Source of the DNA: Nemertoderma westbladi
Taxonomy: Eukaryota; Animalia; Xenacoelomorpha
Length of the DNA stretch: 57,206 nt
Assembly (NCBI GenBank): GCA_032718475.1
Contig: JAUCBJ010006049.1
Location: 1 to 57,206 of the forward strand
Direction of reading: 5' to 3'
In this document: positions 35,690 through 47,232 of the stretch, one piece after another
Position numbering within the stretch: position 1 is the first letter of the stretch
Layout: each line of letters begins with the position of its first letter
Translations under genes and position numbers: made by a program
The notes under the pieces: model-generated
What the model was told of the DNA's origin: nothing
Seen by the model: only the letters and a program-made list of their open reading frames with translations
The model's database searches: none

Positions 35690-37526
35690 AATAAACCAAC
35701 AGGTTGATACCATCAATGATGCTGACGACAGCAGGCAATCATCCCAGGCATGGAAATCGATCAATCTGCTTACTGGGCGGAAAAGCCAACCAACCACCAA
35801 GGTTAAGGCTGAATCACCAGCCGATCGCCTCAACGGTTGGAAAGCCCACTTTGAAAAGCTCCTCAATAATGACAGGGTATTGCCAGATAACTTTATAGAA
35901 GTAAAAGTGTCTGAGTCTGTACTCCCAGATATTCCCATTGGCGATATCTCCTTTGCAGAAGTGAAGGCTGCTGCAAAGAGCATTAAGACCAATCGTGCCA
36001 GTGGAGTAGATGTTGTTCCCCCTGAGGTCTTTAAAATACCTGAGTGTTTAAAGCTCATCTATCCCATCATAGTAGACATGTATCGAACAACAAGAGTCCC
36101 ACAAGAAATGAAAACAAATAAGTTGGTGCCAGTTCCCAAGAAGGGCAACCTAACACTCTATGGTTCTTTTCGGGGAATCTCATTGATCTCGACTGCTGCA
36201 AAGCTATTCTATTAAATTCTATTAAATCGCATCAGGGATCCCATTGAGAGACTGCTCCGTGGAAATCAGAATGGGTTCCGTAAAGGTCGTGGGACCATGG
36301 AGCCCATTTTGGCACTTAGAAGGATAATTGAAGAATTATCAAAAAAGAAAGACAGGCATCTGGCTGTTATCTTTGTTGACTTCTTCAAGGGCTTTGATTC
36401 AGTCTCTCGCTCACGTATGTTCAGCATACTTTCATTATATGGGATTCCTGATGAAATTATTGCAGCAATCAGATCAGTATACGATGGTTCGACAACATTT
36501 GTGTCTACTGTTGACGGTGACACAGAACCATTTGAAGTGTTATGGGGCGTCCTCCAAGGAGACACACTTGCACCATTCTTGTTCATTATTGTGGTTGACT
36601 ATGTTCTACGCATGTCCTTAGATCATCATAATGATGATGGGGTGATGATAACTCCACCTACTGGCTCCAGAAGTCGAGGAAATCCTGCCAAGTACCTAAC
36701 TGATCTAGACTTTGCTGATGACTTAGGAGTACTCTCAGAATCATTAGAGGGAGCCCAACGGCTCCTCAGCTCATTAGAACATGCTGCTTCTAGTGTTGGT
36801 CTTTTTATTAACTCCAGAAAGACCAAAATTCTGACAGTTAACTTTGAAAGTCCTCAGCAAGTCTCTGATCGGATGAGCATAAGCTCAAAGGATAGTATGC
36901 TTGAGCATGTGGACGACTTCTGTTACCTGGGATCATGGATCCGGAAGTCAGGTGAGGACCTTCGAATACGTAAGGGAAAGGCATGGGCAGCCTTGAATAG
37001 GCTTTCCAGGATTTGGAAGTCACCGAGAATTAATCGGAAACTTAAGGTCCGATTATTTAGAGCAGCAGTAGTTCCAGTACTCCTCTACGGGAGTCCATGC
37101 TGGGCTCTAACTGCTGAGGACACCAAATCTCTGGATGGCACATTCACAAGAATGCTACGCCGGGTTCATTGTGTCAAGTACAATGCACACATCTCCAACC
37201 AGACACTATATAACATTGGAGGTGTCTCATTGGTTCCCCCAAGCTTGACACTAGAACAAAATCGCCTCCGCTTTGCAGGACATTGCTTTCGCCGTGAGGA
37301 CCAGCCAGTGCATAATCTTGTACTTTGGCAGCCTCATGGAGTGAATAAGCATGGTGGACAGCCCATGACTTTCTTGAGACGCATCTTAAAGGACACTGGC
37401 CTTAAAGATGCGGATGATCTAGCAAATGTCATGGGTGATAGGGAGTTGTGGCGGTGCAATTTTGTTGACAAGCCGGCACAGCATTCCTAAAAATGCTGCT
37501 GCAATGCAGCATGCCGATACTAGTAG
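35690..37526 (+). mobile_element. 5'-truncated RTE-clade LINE inserted into BEL-1 pol; RT nearly intact (one in-frame TAA at 36213-36215)
   Basis: VPVPKKGNL..FRGISL, QNGFRKGR, FVDF.KGFDSV, GVLQGDTLAPFLF, DLDFADD, FCYLGS, RLRFAGHC; (TAG)n tail; TSD TATGGACCAA at 35680-35689 and 37527-37536. Confidence 0.92.
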
Positions 37527-38104
37527 TATGGACCAACAAGACACTTAATAATATGGATAAATATGATAAATATGACCAAACCGATCTTGAGCCACTGACA
37601 CCCAACCATCTGTTAGGACGACCGAAGACAAATATCCTTCCGGAAGGGATGTTCCCGGAACCCAGTGAAATAAGTCGTCACGCCAACTGGAAGAAATCGC
37701 AAGCATTGGCAGCACACTGGTGGAGGGTATGGTCGCACGAATATCTTTTAACACCCAGAACCCGCCGGAAATGGAATCACATTCACCGAAACATCGCGGT
37801 TGGAGATTTGGTGCTTGTCAAAGATGAACTGAAAGACCATGTTCATTGGCCTGTGGCGTGTGTTACCAAGATTTTCCCCAGAAAAGACGGTCTCACCCGC
37901 ACCGTGACGATCCAATCATCAAAGGGCCACTACGATCGCCCGATCCAAACTTTATGTTTATTGGAAGCAGTTTGTGATGACTTTGTAGAGTGCCCTGTCA
38001 AGGGCCACTATGACCGCCCGATCCAAACTTTATGCTTATTGGAAGCAGTCTGTGATGACGTTGTAGAGTACCCTGTAAAGAAACCCTACGATCGCCCAAT
38101 CTAG
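37527..38104 (+). pseudogene. BEL-1 integrase C-terminal region with the terminal motif tandemly triplicated
   Basis: PLTPNHLLGR...WWRVWSHEYL..RRKW...VGDLVLVKD...WP...G..RTV.I...YDRPIQTLCLLE, then about 78-bp repeats of the YDRPI block. Confidence 0.85.
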
Positions 38105-38437
38105 ACTTTGTGTCCTCTCAAGGATGACCATAAAATAAAGTAATGGAGTCAATCAAATAAACTGAGTATTAACGTACTATAATGTTGATAAAATAATGGT
38201 GATTTAATGACAACGATTATGGACTTTCTTTGACACCTGCTACCATGCACCTGATTTGGAATTCATTTTCCTCGTGTGATGTATGTAAAGTCCAGCATCA
38301 CCCGCAGAATGCGTCCGCGCAGACTGCAGGGGGGTTTATATTGACGATGTCCAGTTGGATTTAATGGAAATTTGTTGAATAGATATGTTAACCTCAAAAA
38401 GATTTATTATGGATTGCATTGTAATCATTGGGAGCGG

Positions 38438-38559
38438 TGTAACGAGCCCGCTGCTCTCGTCGAGTTTGTCTGCTGCCAGGTGCATTAGGTTGCTTGCAGT
38501 AGGAGTTATGTTGTATACGGTGGCTCATATCGGCCACAACAAAACAAACTTTTCTAACA
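38438..38559 (+). repeat. Putative short 3' LTR of BEL-1
   Basis: Follows GGGAGCGG, the same PPT as precedes the two minus-strand LTRs; starts TGTAAC and ends ...CTAACA; no matching 5' LTR found. Confidence 0.5.
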
Positions 38560-38890
38560 TTGAATTCTACACCCCCCTATGGTCAAAAAATGTGTTATGA
38601 ATTTGACGTGAAGTTGACGGCGATTTCAAAACATTTTACTTTTGACGTAAAAATGTGACGTGAAATTCTTCACGTCACATTTTAGCGACATACTTTAGTG
38701 TTACTTTTCAGGTGTTTGCCAACACTCAAAAATTAGCTTATAGCTCATCTTTATAATAGCGAATTAATCGTATCTTTATGCTTAACTCATATTAAGTTAA
38801 TATCCCTTTTATGTTTTAAAATACTCCAGAACTAATAAAAATATATAATTTATAATATAATATATATAATATTAATACTTTATATAAATA

Positions 38891-39681
38891 CACCATGTCC
38901 CGTAATATAGTGTCATTTTCTGATGAAACGGACCCCCCCCCACATTTTTCTACAAATCTTTATCATATTGCTTGAAATTTGAAATACAACTAGTTCAACT
39001 CACCGTGGTTGTTACCATGAAGCCGGAATTTTCGATTTCGCCTTTAAATTTTTTTTATAAGCGTTTTAAAAAAGTGTCTTTTGCGAAATCGCACCTTCCG
39101 TATCGTGGCCATTCTTCACCTTAGTCGTAATTTTTTTCATATCATTAAACAGCTTGCTTTGCGAGGATTCCAAATATGTAACAATATCTGAATTTCGTTG
39201 AAAAACTGTTGAGATATTGGCGTTCAAAGATTGCAAGAATTATTGTTCGCTGCAGGCCATTTATTCTATTTAATAATTACACAAAATTCTAGAACGTGTT
39301 TTTTATTTTATGAGTTGGTTGGCAACAGCGGTAATCCTATCCAATGTCTCTATTGCGTAGCTATTCATATTTAAACAACATGTTCCATAACATCGTGTAT
39401 TTATTAAATAGAATAAATGGCCTTCAGTGAAGGATAATTCTTGCAATCTTCGAACGCCTATTTCTCAGCTGTTTCTCAACGTTTCTGTTACATATTTGGA
39501 ATCCATGCAACGCAAGCAAATATTAATTTTTACTTATTATTACGGCTAATGTGAAGAATGGCCACGATACGGAGGGTGCGATTTCGTAAAAGACAAATGA
39601 TAAAGAGATTTGTAGAAAAATCTGGGGGGGGGGGGGGGGTCCGTGTCATCAGAAAATTACACTATATTACGGGACATGGTG
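38891..39681. mobile_element. Foldback MITE, Tc1/mariner-like, almost entirely palindromic
   Basis: TIR CACCATGTCCCGTAATATAGTG; inner arms about 39080-39290 and 39390-39590 are also inverted; TA on the left flank, TC on the right. Confidence 0.8.
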
Positions 39682-40484
39682 TCTATAATATTATAATAAA
39701 ATATTACTAAATATACCGGTAAATGCAAATGTAGGCCTACAATAGAGGAGGTCCTACCATTAGTTTAAACTATTGTGACCTATTACATTATAAACCCTGT
39801 TCTACATATTTACTACTGTACTATCTTGATTTCAACACGTAAAATTATACACTTATTCAAACTAATTAATGTTTACCTCTTTGAAATTCGAAAAACATAA
39901 AATGTAATGTTTCATCTTTATTATTAATTAGTTGATGTTATTTTTATCATATTTAACAATTAATTGTTGCTTTAAATGATACTCATCAATTTGTTGTTAT
40001 CAAGACTACAGATTCTAATCAAATTGCTTCATGACATAAAGCTAGAACTAGCCTGTTGCGGGGAGATTTTTGTAGACCTACGTAGGAGGACCCTTAGGCT
40101 GGTTTATTTTATCTTAAGAGTGCAAATGCAGCCAGCGGAAAGGAAAGGCCAGAGAATTTGGAAGGCATACTGTAGGCCTACAATAGGTTTCATTTTTACG
40201 TAGAAGAGACATGGTGTCGTGCTGAGAGAAAGCCTGTGGCGTTTCTTGATTCCTGATGGCACTCTTAAATATTAAATAAAAGCAAAATAAATTACCGATG
40301 AAAGTTGAAATTTACGAGCCTACTCAGTAATTAACTAACAAAAATGTAAGTTTTCAGAACGAAATACATGCTCTATTGATTTTGTGTTCTCTTCACGAAA
40401 TTGTTATAGGCCGATCCAAATTCAATGTAGGAATATGGTATCAGTATTCAGAATGTCTTTATGACCAGTAGTGAAATGGATTAT

Positions 40485-41160
40485 ATTGAAAAATATCGAG
40501 AATAAAAATAATGCGAGTAATAATATCGAGAGTAAAAATATCGAGAGTAAAAATTACGAGTGTTGAAAAATATCGAGAGTAAAAATATCGAGAGTAAAAA
40601 TATCGAGAGTAAAAATATCGAGAGTAAAAATATCGAGTGTTGAAAAATATCGAGAGTAAAAATATCGAGAGTAAAAATATCGAGAGTAAAAATATCGAGT
40701 GTTGAAAAATATCGAGAGTAAAAATATCGAGAGTAAAAATATCGAGAGTAAAAATATCGATAGTAAAAATATCGAGAGTAAAAATATCGAAAGTAAAAAT
40801 ATCGAGAGTAAAAATATCGATAGTAAAAATATCGAGAGTAAAAATATCGAGAGTAAAAATATCGAGAGTAAAAATATCGAGAGTAAAAATATCGAGTGTT
40901 GAAAAATATCGAGAGTAAAAATATCTAGTGTTGAAAAATATCGAGAGTAAAAATATCGATAGTAAAAATATCGAGTGTTGAAAAACATCGAGAGTAAAAT
41001 TATCGAGTGTTGAAAAATATCGAGTGTTGAAAAATATCGAGAGTAAAAATATCGAGAATAAAAATATCGAGTGTTGAAAAATATCGAGAGTAAAAATATC
41101 GATAGTAAAAATATCAAGTGTTGAAAAACATCGAGAGTAAAATTATCGAGTGTTGAAAAA
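40485..41160 (+). repeat. 15/18-bp minisatellite array (AAAAATATCGAGAGT / TGAAAAATATCGAGTGT)
   Basis: Dozens of direct repeats visible in the sequence. Confidence 0.95.
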
Positions 41161-41489
41161 TAAAATATTTATCAAAATTGGTAGCTTACACGTGTTGTAT
41201 AACATTTATAAAAAGAAGTAGATATTACTAGCTAGTATAAAATACTAAAAATCTGATCTAGAACTAAAAAATGTGTTCTAGAACGAAAATATTTATCAAC
41301 ATTGATAGCTACTGTAGCTCTTCTATAATATAATATATTAAAAAAAAAGCAAAAACTAGCTAGTGTAATAAATCTGGTAAATGGGTACCTAAATTTGCAC
41401 TTGCACTGTTGTAACCCATGCACTGCAATATTGTCCCATAATTCTAAATGAAATGCTCACGCAAAATGCAATATTTTTACTGTCAATAC

Positions 41490-42296
41490 TTTTCAACACT
41501 CGATATATTTACTCTCGATATTTTCAACTCTCGATATTTTTCAACACTCGATATTTTTCAACACTCGATATTTTTACTCTCGATATTTTCAACATTCGAT
41601 ATTTTTATTCGCAATATTTTTCAACAAACGATATTTTTCAACACACGATATTTTTCAACACTCTATATTTGTCAACACTCGATATTTTTACTCTCGATAT
41701 TTTCATTCTCGATATTTTTCAACACTCGATATTTTTACTCTCGATATTTTTCAAAACTCGATATTTTTCAACACTCGATATTTTTACTCTCGATATTTTT
41801 CAAAACTCGATATTTTTCAACACTCGATATTTTTCAACACTCGATATTTTTACTCTCGATATTTTCAACATTCGATATTTTTAATCGCAATATTTTTCAA
41901 CAAACGATATTTTTCAACACACGATATTTTTCAACACTCTATATTTGTCAACACTCGATATTTTTACTCTCGATATTTTCATTCTCGATATTTTTCAACA
42001 CTCGATATTTTTACTCTCGATATTTTTCAAAACTCGATATTTTTCAACACTCGATATTTTTACTTTCGATATTTTCAACATTCGATATTTTTAATCGCAA
42101 TATTTTTCAACAAACGATATTTTTCAACACACGATATTTTTCAACACTCTATATTTGTCAACACTCGATATTTTTACTCTCGATATTTTTACTCTCGATA
42201 TTTTTACTCTCGTTATTTTCGATATTTTTCTTCTCGCGTTATTTTTACTCTCGATATTTTTTAATCACGTTAATTTTCAACACTCGTTATTTTTCT
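41490..42296 (-). repeat. Same minisatellite in inverted orientation with higher-order blocks
   Basis: ACTCTCGATATTTTT / CAACACTCGATATTTTT units; the variant block CAACATTCG..TCGCAATA..CAACAAACG..CAACACACG..CTCTATATTTG recurs 3 times. Confidence 0.95.
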
Positions 42297-43590
42297 ATAC
42301 ATCTCATACCGATGCTCTACGGGGCGCGTTGTTAAAATGAGACAGGCAGTTGTTCTTCTAACTAGGTAAGAAAAATAGAACTAACTTTTTTGCCTTTTTC
42401 TCATGTAAATAATGTTAGTACTACTTAGTAAGAAATCGAAGCGAGACGATATTATAGTTTTATATTTAGTTTTTACGTAAGAAATCACAATAATTATTAT
42501 AGGAAATTAGGGTAGTAAGAAATCAGTGGACATTTTAAAGTCATATTAGGAATTAAGGTACATTTATATTTACGTGGGCGCAGCGGTAACATTCATAGTT
42601 GTGATACCATTTTTGGTGCACTGGCAGATTGATAATAAAACGTATAGCTGTGTTAAATCCTGTTTATAACTTTACTGTGACGTAACATGGGTTTGTGTGT
42701 AAGTCAACCAGTGCTACCTATTGCCTTAACAGTATAACCTAACCAGTTACCCTTCATTAGATCACGTTAAACCAGTTCTTATTAATGAATCACTCCCCAT
42801 TTGACATTAATTTCGCGTAGATTGTTCGTTAATTGTTATTATTTAAACAAAACCCATACATTTGATTTGTATTGTATATTATTGATCACACTTTTACGCG
42901 AAATTAAGATTACTTTTGTATACATGTTGGAACCAGTTGGATCTTGTTTTACTTCTTTAATTCTTTTTTAAAATTTTGTGATTTGTAAGTTTCTTGTGTT
43001 TTACCTTTAAAATTAACGGTTTTATTGCCTTTTAACTGTGAATTTGACTGATTTATTGATTATTATTATTATGTAATCTGTCGACTAACGTCAATACGTT
43101 ATTATTCTACTGCACCAGAAGTATACCAGAACCAGCTTACCGGTAGCATCCATAGCAGTGGCGGTCCGTGGTCAAAATTTTTGGTTGGGCCTCACCGAAA
43201 ACTTTATGAATATAGTGGACTCAGTAATACTGTAATAAATAAATACACATAAGATTGGTGTTAAGGAGGGAGGGGGGGGGGGGGGGGGGGGGGGGGGTTA
43301 TTGTCGAAGAAAGAAAAATGGTTTTATCTAATTAGAACATTAAGTTATAGTTCATATCCGTACCTGTGGTATTTTCATATTGCAAAAATAAGAATAAATA
43401 TGAAGTATATGAAGTATGTATGATATATGAAGTAACCTATGTTATTGAGATATTGTTTATTGTTTTGGTTAGAAAACACCGCCACTGTAACCTGCTCCTT
43501 TTGCCACAGACGCATACCGGTATTATAATTATCATAATCATGAATCATTATTATCTAAATTGAAATTCAGAACACTTGTTCAGAATCAGA

Positions 43591-43873
43591 GGCCCATGTG
43601 AAGAATACCAGACTTTATCAGCTGTTATATTTCACTTTGCAGTTTATCCCCATGTGAAGAATACCAGGTTTTCACCAAAAACACAGGTTACAGAAGGGCT
43701 TAATCTAACCAAAACAATAAACGTTAGTATATGAACAGGTTATAAGACAGAAATGAGCGCTATAAAACACTTAATAAAGATAAATTCAAAAATACACATT
43801 CTTCCTAGGCCTATATATAATTCCAATAAAATGTCGACCGAAAAATAAAAACCTGGTATTCTTCATATGGGCG
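43591..43873. mobile_element. Small MITE with GG terminus and 8-bp TSD (Merlin-like, tentative)
   Basis: TIR GCCCAT(G/A)TGAAGAATACCAG, duplicated internally at about 43648; TSD GAATCAGA vs GGATCAGA (7/8). Confidence 0.6.
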
Positions 43874-44007
43874 GGATCAGAACGAAGTTAGGCTAATTAA
43901 TTTTATTATCTTCGTCTCTGCAAATTCTAAATAATTTAATTCTGTTTTTTTTGCATTTCTGAAAACTCTAAATAATTGTATTATTATTATTTCATTAAAA
44001 AAAATAA

Positions 44008-45178
44008 TGTTCGCGCTTTCAGACCTTTAGCAGTTTAACCTGCCAAATTTGGATGTCTTCTAGATAATAAATCGACTTTAGCCTATGACGAGTATTGGAT
44101 ACACTACATTAGCCGAAGCCAGTCTATGCGCGACCATTCACCCGCTGGATATACCCGGGAGACTGGATTCGGAAGCCTAACCTTATTGCGGTGTAGGTCT
44201 ACTGTATTATTCGACTGATCTTAATATATATAATCTCTGACAATATTATTCACTTTCGGGAAATATTAACAGTTCCTTTAGGACGTGGCGCTTTAAATAT
44301 ATAAACAGAGTTATGACTTAAACTAGACACAACGGGATGGCTATAGATTCACGTATAAAGCGCATTCTTTAGGAGATGCTTTGTTATCAGTCACAATCAT
44401 GCACACTACCGCACAATGCTGCACACTAATCTGCCGACCTTCACTAATTTTAGTCACATATAAGGAGAACAACAGACAATACGTGTAGGGCCTATAAAAT
44501 AGCATTAGATTCACTTCAAACCACTTAATGTAAGTCGCAATCGTTATATGTATCCGGTCTCTCTAACCTTTAGTATATCAAGAAGATTGGGGTGTCTGAT
44601 TGTTTATCAGTATTCCAAATATAATATTTCATCAACAAATATAATGAATAACCGACAGCAAAAGCATTAATGTTAAGGTATGAATGATTATGAGTGACTG
44701 AGTGAGATATGATCAGTTATGATTAGTTGAGTGAGATAACGGATATACGCTCTATAATTAAGCCTACTAATGTTGATGCTAAAGACTGAAACACGGAGGT
44801 TCCACGCCGGTGTTGTAGGCTGTGGAAAAATCACATACTGACTCACTTCCCTAGTTTCTATCTACCATCTCTAACACAGAGGCAAAAAACGCTCTGATTG
44901 GTCGACCGAACAAAGAGAGAACAAAGAACAAAGAGATGTTCTACGTGGCAATATCAGCTGTTAGCCGTCGTCATGGTAGCGACACTGTTTCAAGAGGATC
45001 CGGCGTATTGCGTCATAGAATTGCTAATCATGTCCGCTAAAGTACACATACAGAAGAAATGGCTTTTATGTCCTCTAAAACAACAATACAGTAAGGACAC
45101 GGCCTTTTATGCCTGTTAAACCAACTACAGAGTACTTTACGGGGAAAATAACCGGCTAATTACGCAAAAGCCTTTACA
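44008..45178 (-). repeat. 3' LTR of BEL copy 2a
   Basis: On the minus strand, PPT GGGAGCGG is followed by TGTAAAG and the LTR ends ...GCGCGAACA; 44008-44700 is homologous to 47233-48450. Confidence 0.8.
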
Positions 45179-45256
45179 CCGCTCCCAGAAAATGGGATTT
45201 AAGTCTATAAAATATAACAAATCACAGTTTCTAAAATATAAAAATACTCTAAACAG

Positions 45257-45850
45257 TTAGTCTTTCTTACGTGGACGGCGTTTACGCAGTTTTTTTGAGG
45301 CTAGCAAGAGTCCTTTTCTCTTTGGGGCGAGCCACTTTACTAGGAGGGCTGTAACTCCTGGGTGAAGGGTGCAATACAATTGCATCAGAAGGTTTAGGAT
45401 TACGATCGGTGTATCCGCCGGTTGAGGTACCTGGTTGATCGATATCAACTTCAGTGGAGCGAGGTCTAACGGCCTTTAGGGCGCGTCTTAGGACAGCAGC
45501 TCCTACGGGTCCTTGACGGGTCGTCTGGACAACGGCGGTAGGCGGACCGTGAGTGGTGAGAAACTTCCTTGGTTTAATGGTTCTTTCCAGCTCGCGTTCT
45601 CGGGCTCGATATTCGTAGGGCCGTCGAGATACTTCCTGTAACTCAGGGTGCGAGTTGATAAATAAATCGCCATACTCAGGGTCTTGACGGATGTAATTGA
45701 TCAAATGGTATGAAGTAATATCGTTAGGATTGACGTTCCTAAGGTATTTTCGAACAAATTTGGTGGAAATACACTCACCAACACGCTTCATTAGTTCGTA
45801 ACTCGGTGTGCGTGTTTTTTGTTCCACAGACGCGAATAAATAAGGATTAT
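45257..45850 (-). pseudogene. C-terminal part of the BEL accessory ORF (copy 2a), 1-bp frameshift near the end
   Basis: Aligns residue by residue with the C-terminal ~190 aa of 49028-49921. Confidence 0.85.
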
Positions 45851-47232
45851 GGATCCTCTCTCCTCTAAGGCAGGCAGGTTGGGGTCTAAATTCCCTATAA
45901 ACTTATAAAATAAAGAGTTTGTTACGATCGATTTCGAGCTCCCAGGCCCATTCTCAAGTAAATAATTAACAATATGAAATCACATTACTGCATTACAGAC
46001 TAAATAATCAAATAGAGTAGGCCTACATGGAATAGCTGAATACGTAAGGAAATTACAGAAATACACTAAAATAAATAACGAAATAAACTGCAAAGCCCTG
46101 GTAAAACTCAGAAACCGAACAATAGACTTACAATAAAATAAATACTGAAATAATACAGTTAGATGTTGTACAATAATAAACCACAGATACCGTTACCGGT
46201 TTGTAATGCTGGTTCTGTAGTCTGACAGCCTGGGCTACGTGGTGTACGGTGTAGCGTGTAGGCCATGGTACGGTAGGCTGTCAGGCAGAGGCAGTACAGC
46301 AGTACAATTCGTACTAACAGTTGACAGATCAAAATATTCAGGTGAACCTAAAGATATACAGTACAGTAGTTAAAATAACGGGGCGGGAAAAGTTAATATA
46401 GAGCACCATATAGCATAGTAGAACTAAATAAAAGAACACGGCATATAAAATAAGTAGAACAAATAGGGCATCGTTAAAAGTAAATAAAGGCACGGCGTAT
46501 TGGAATAAATTAATTTAAACTTGTGCAAAATCTTAAACTACAGTAGTTACGATAGGTTATTTTAAACATAAAATAAACTAAATTACCGGCACGCCACATT
46601 TTAATAGCTGACGATGAAAAATTGAAAATTTTTTAGTAACTTGACCATCTCCAAAGTAAACACAAGAGTACAGTAGATCAGATAAAGTGCGCACAAAGGG
46701 ATGGTTGTACATAAAAATTAGAAACCTCAAACAAAATATGGTAGGTCAGTTATAGGGTGGATAAAATACAAAATAAGGGGCACCATGGTAAAAAATAAAT
46801 AAAAAATAATAATAACTGAAGATAAAAAATAAAAAATAAAATGCATCGGATATAACCCTTTATTATTGAACAGGGTTCTATTGAACAGTTGTAAATACAG
46901 AATTGTACAAACATTCTAACAATATAATATAGTTACACAGATAGATCATGGTAAAGAATAATAACTAAAAGGACAAAATATTGCAAAGTTGAAAAAAATA
47001 AAAAATTGAAAAGTGAAACAACGTCTCAAAACTACAGTAGATCCGATAGGGCATGGCGAAAAATAAATCACTAAATAAACAAGTGGCCCGCTATACTGAA
47101 ATGCTCTCAATAAAAATTGAAACATGTGGATATAAACCTACGCGACGCCAGGTATGAGTTTGTTCAGGGGTGGGCGAAATTTACGAATGTAGACCGCCTC
47201 CCCGTGTATTCTATCAACGTCTGAGTGGTATT

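Larger units (their letters stand above)
31216..38559 (+). mobile_element. Decayed BEL/Pao LTR retrotransposon (BEL-1) with pol internally deleted
   Basis: Gag KGLVTK and FHGDYTDFISFKKCF motifs, triple Zn knuckle (CFKCLGTGH..C; CTICSDNRHHTLLH), protease FLDNGSDGT, Pao RT YLPTH/RVVND/LLRFR/DIKSMFHQV, integrase C-terminus PLTPNHLL..W.EYL..RP...LCLLE, PPT GGGAGCGG then TG; 5' boundary tentative. Confidence 0.88.

Noticed and set aside
38570-38700. CAC-ended element terminus with TGACGT subterminal repeats
   Set aside because: Only one end visible, no TIR partner or TSD
40554-42335. ORFs with SIFLL / KNIES / TLDIF repeats
   Set aside because: Translations of a stop-free 15-bp minisatellite
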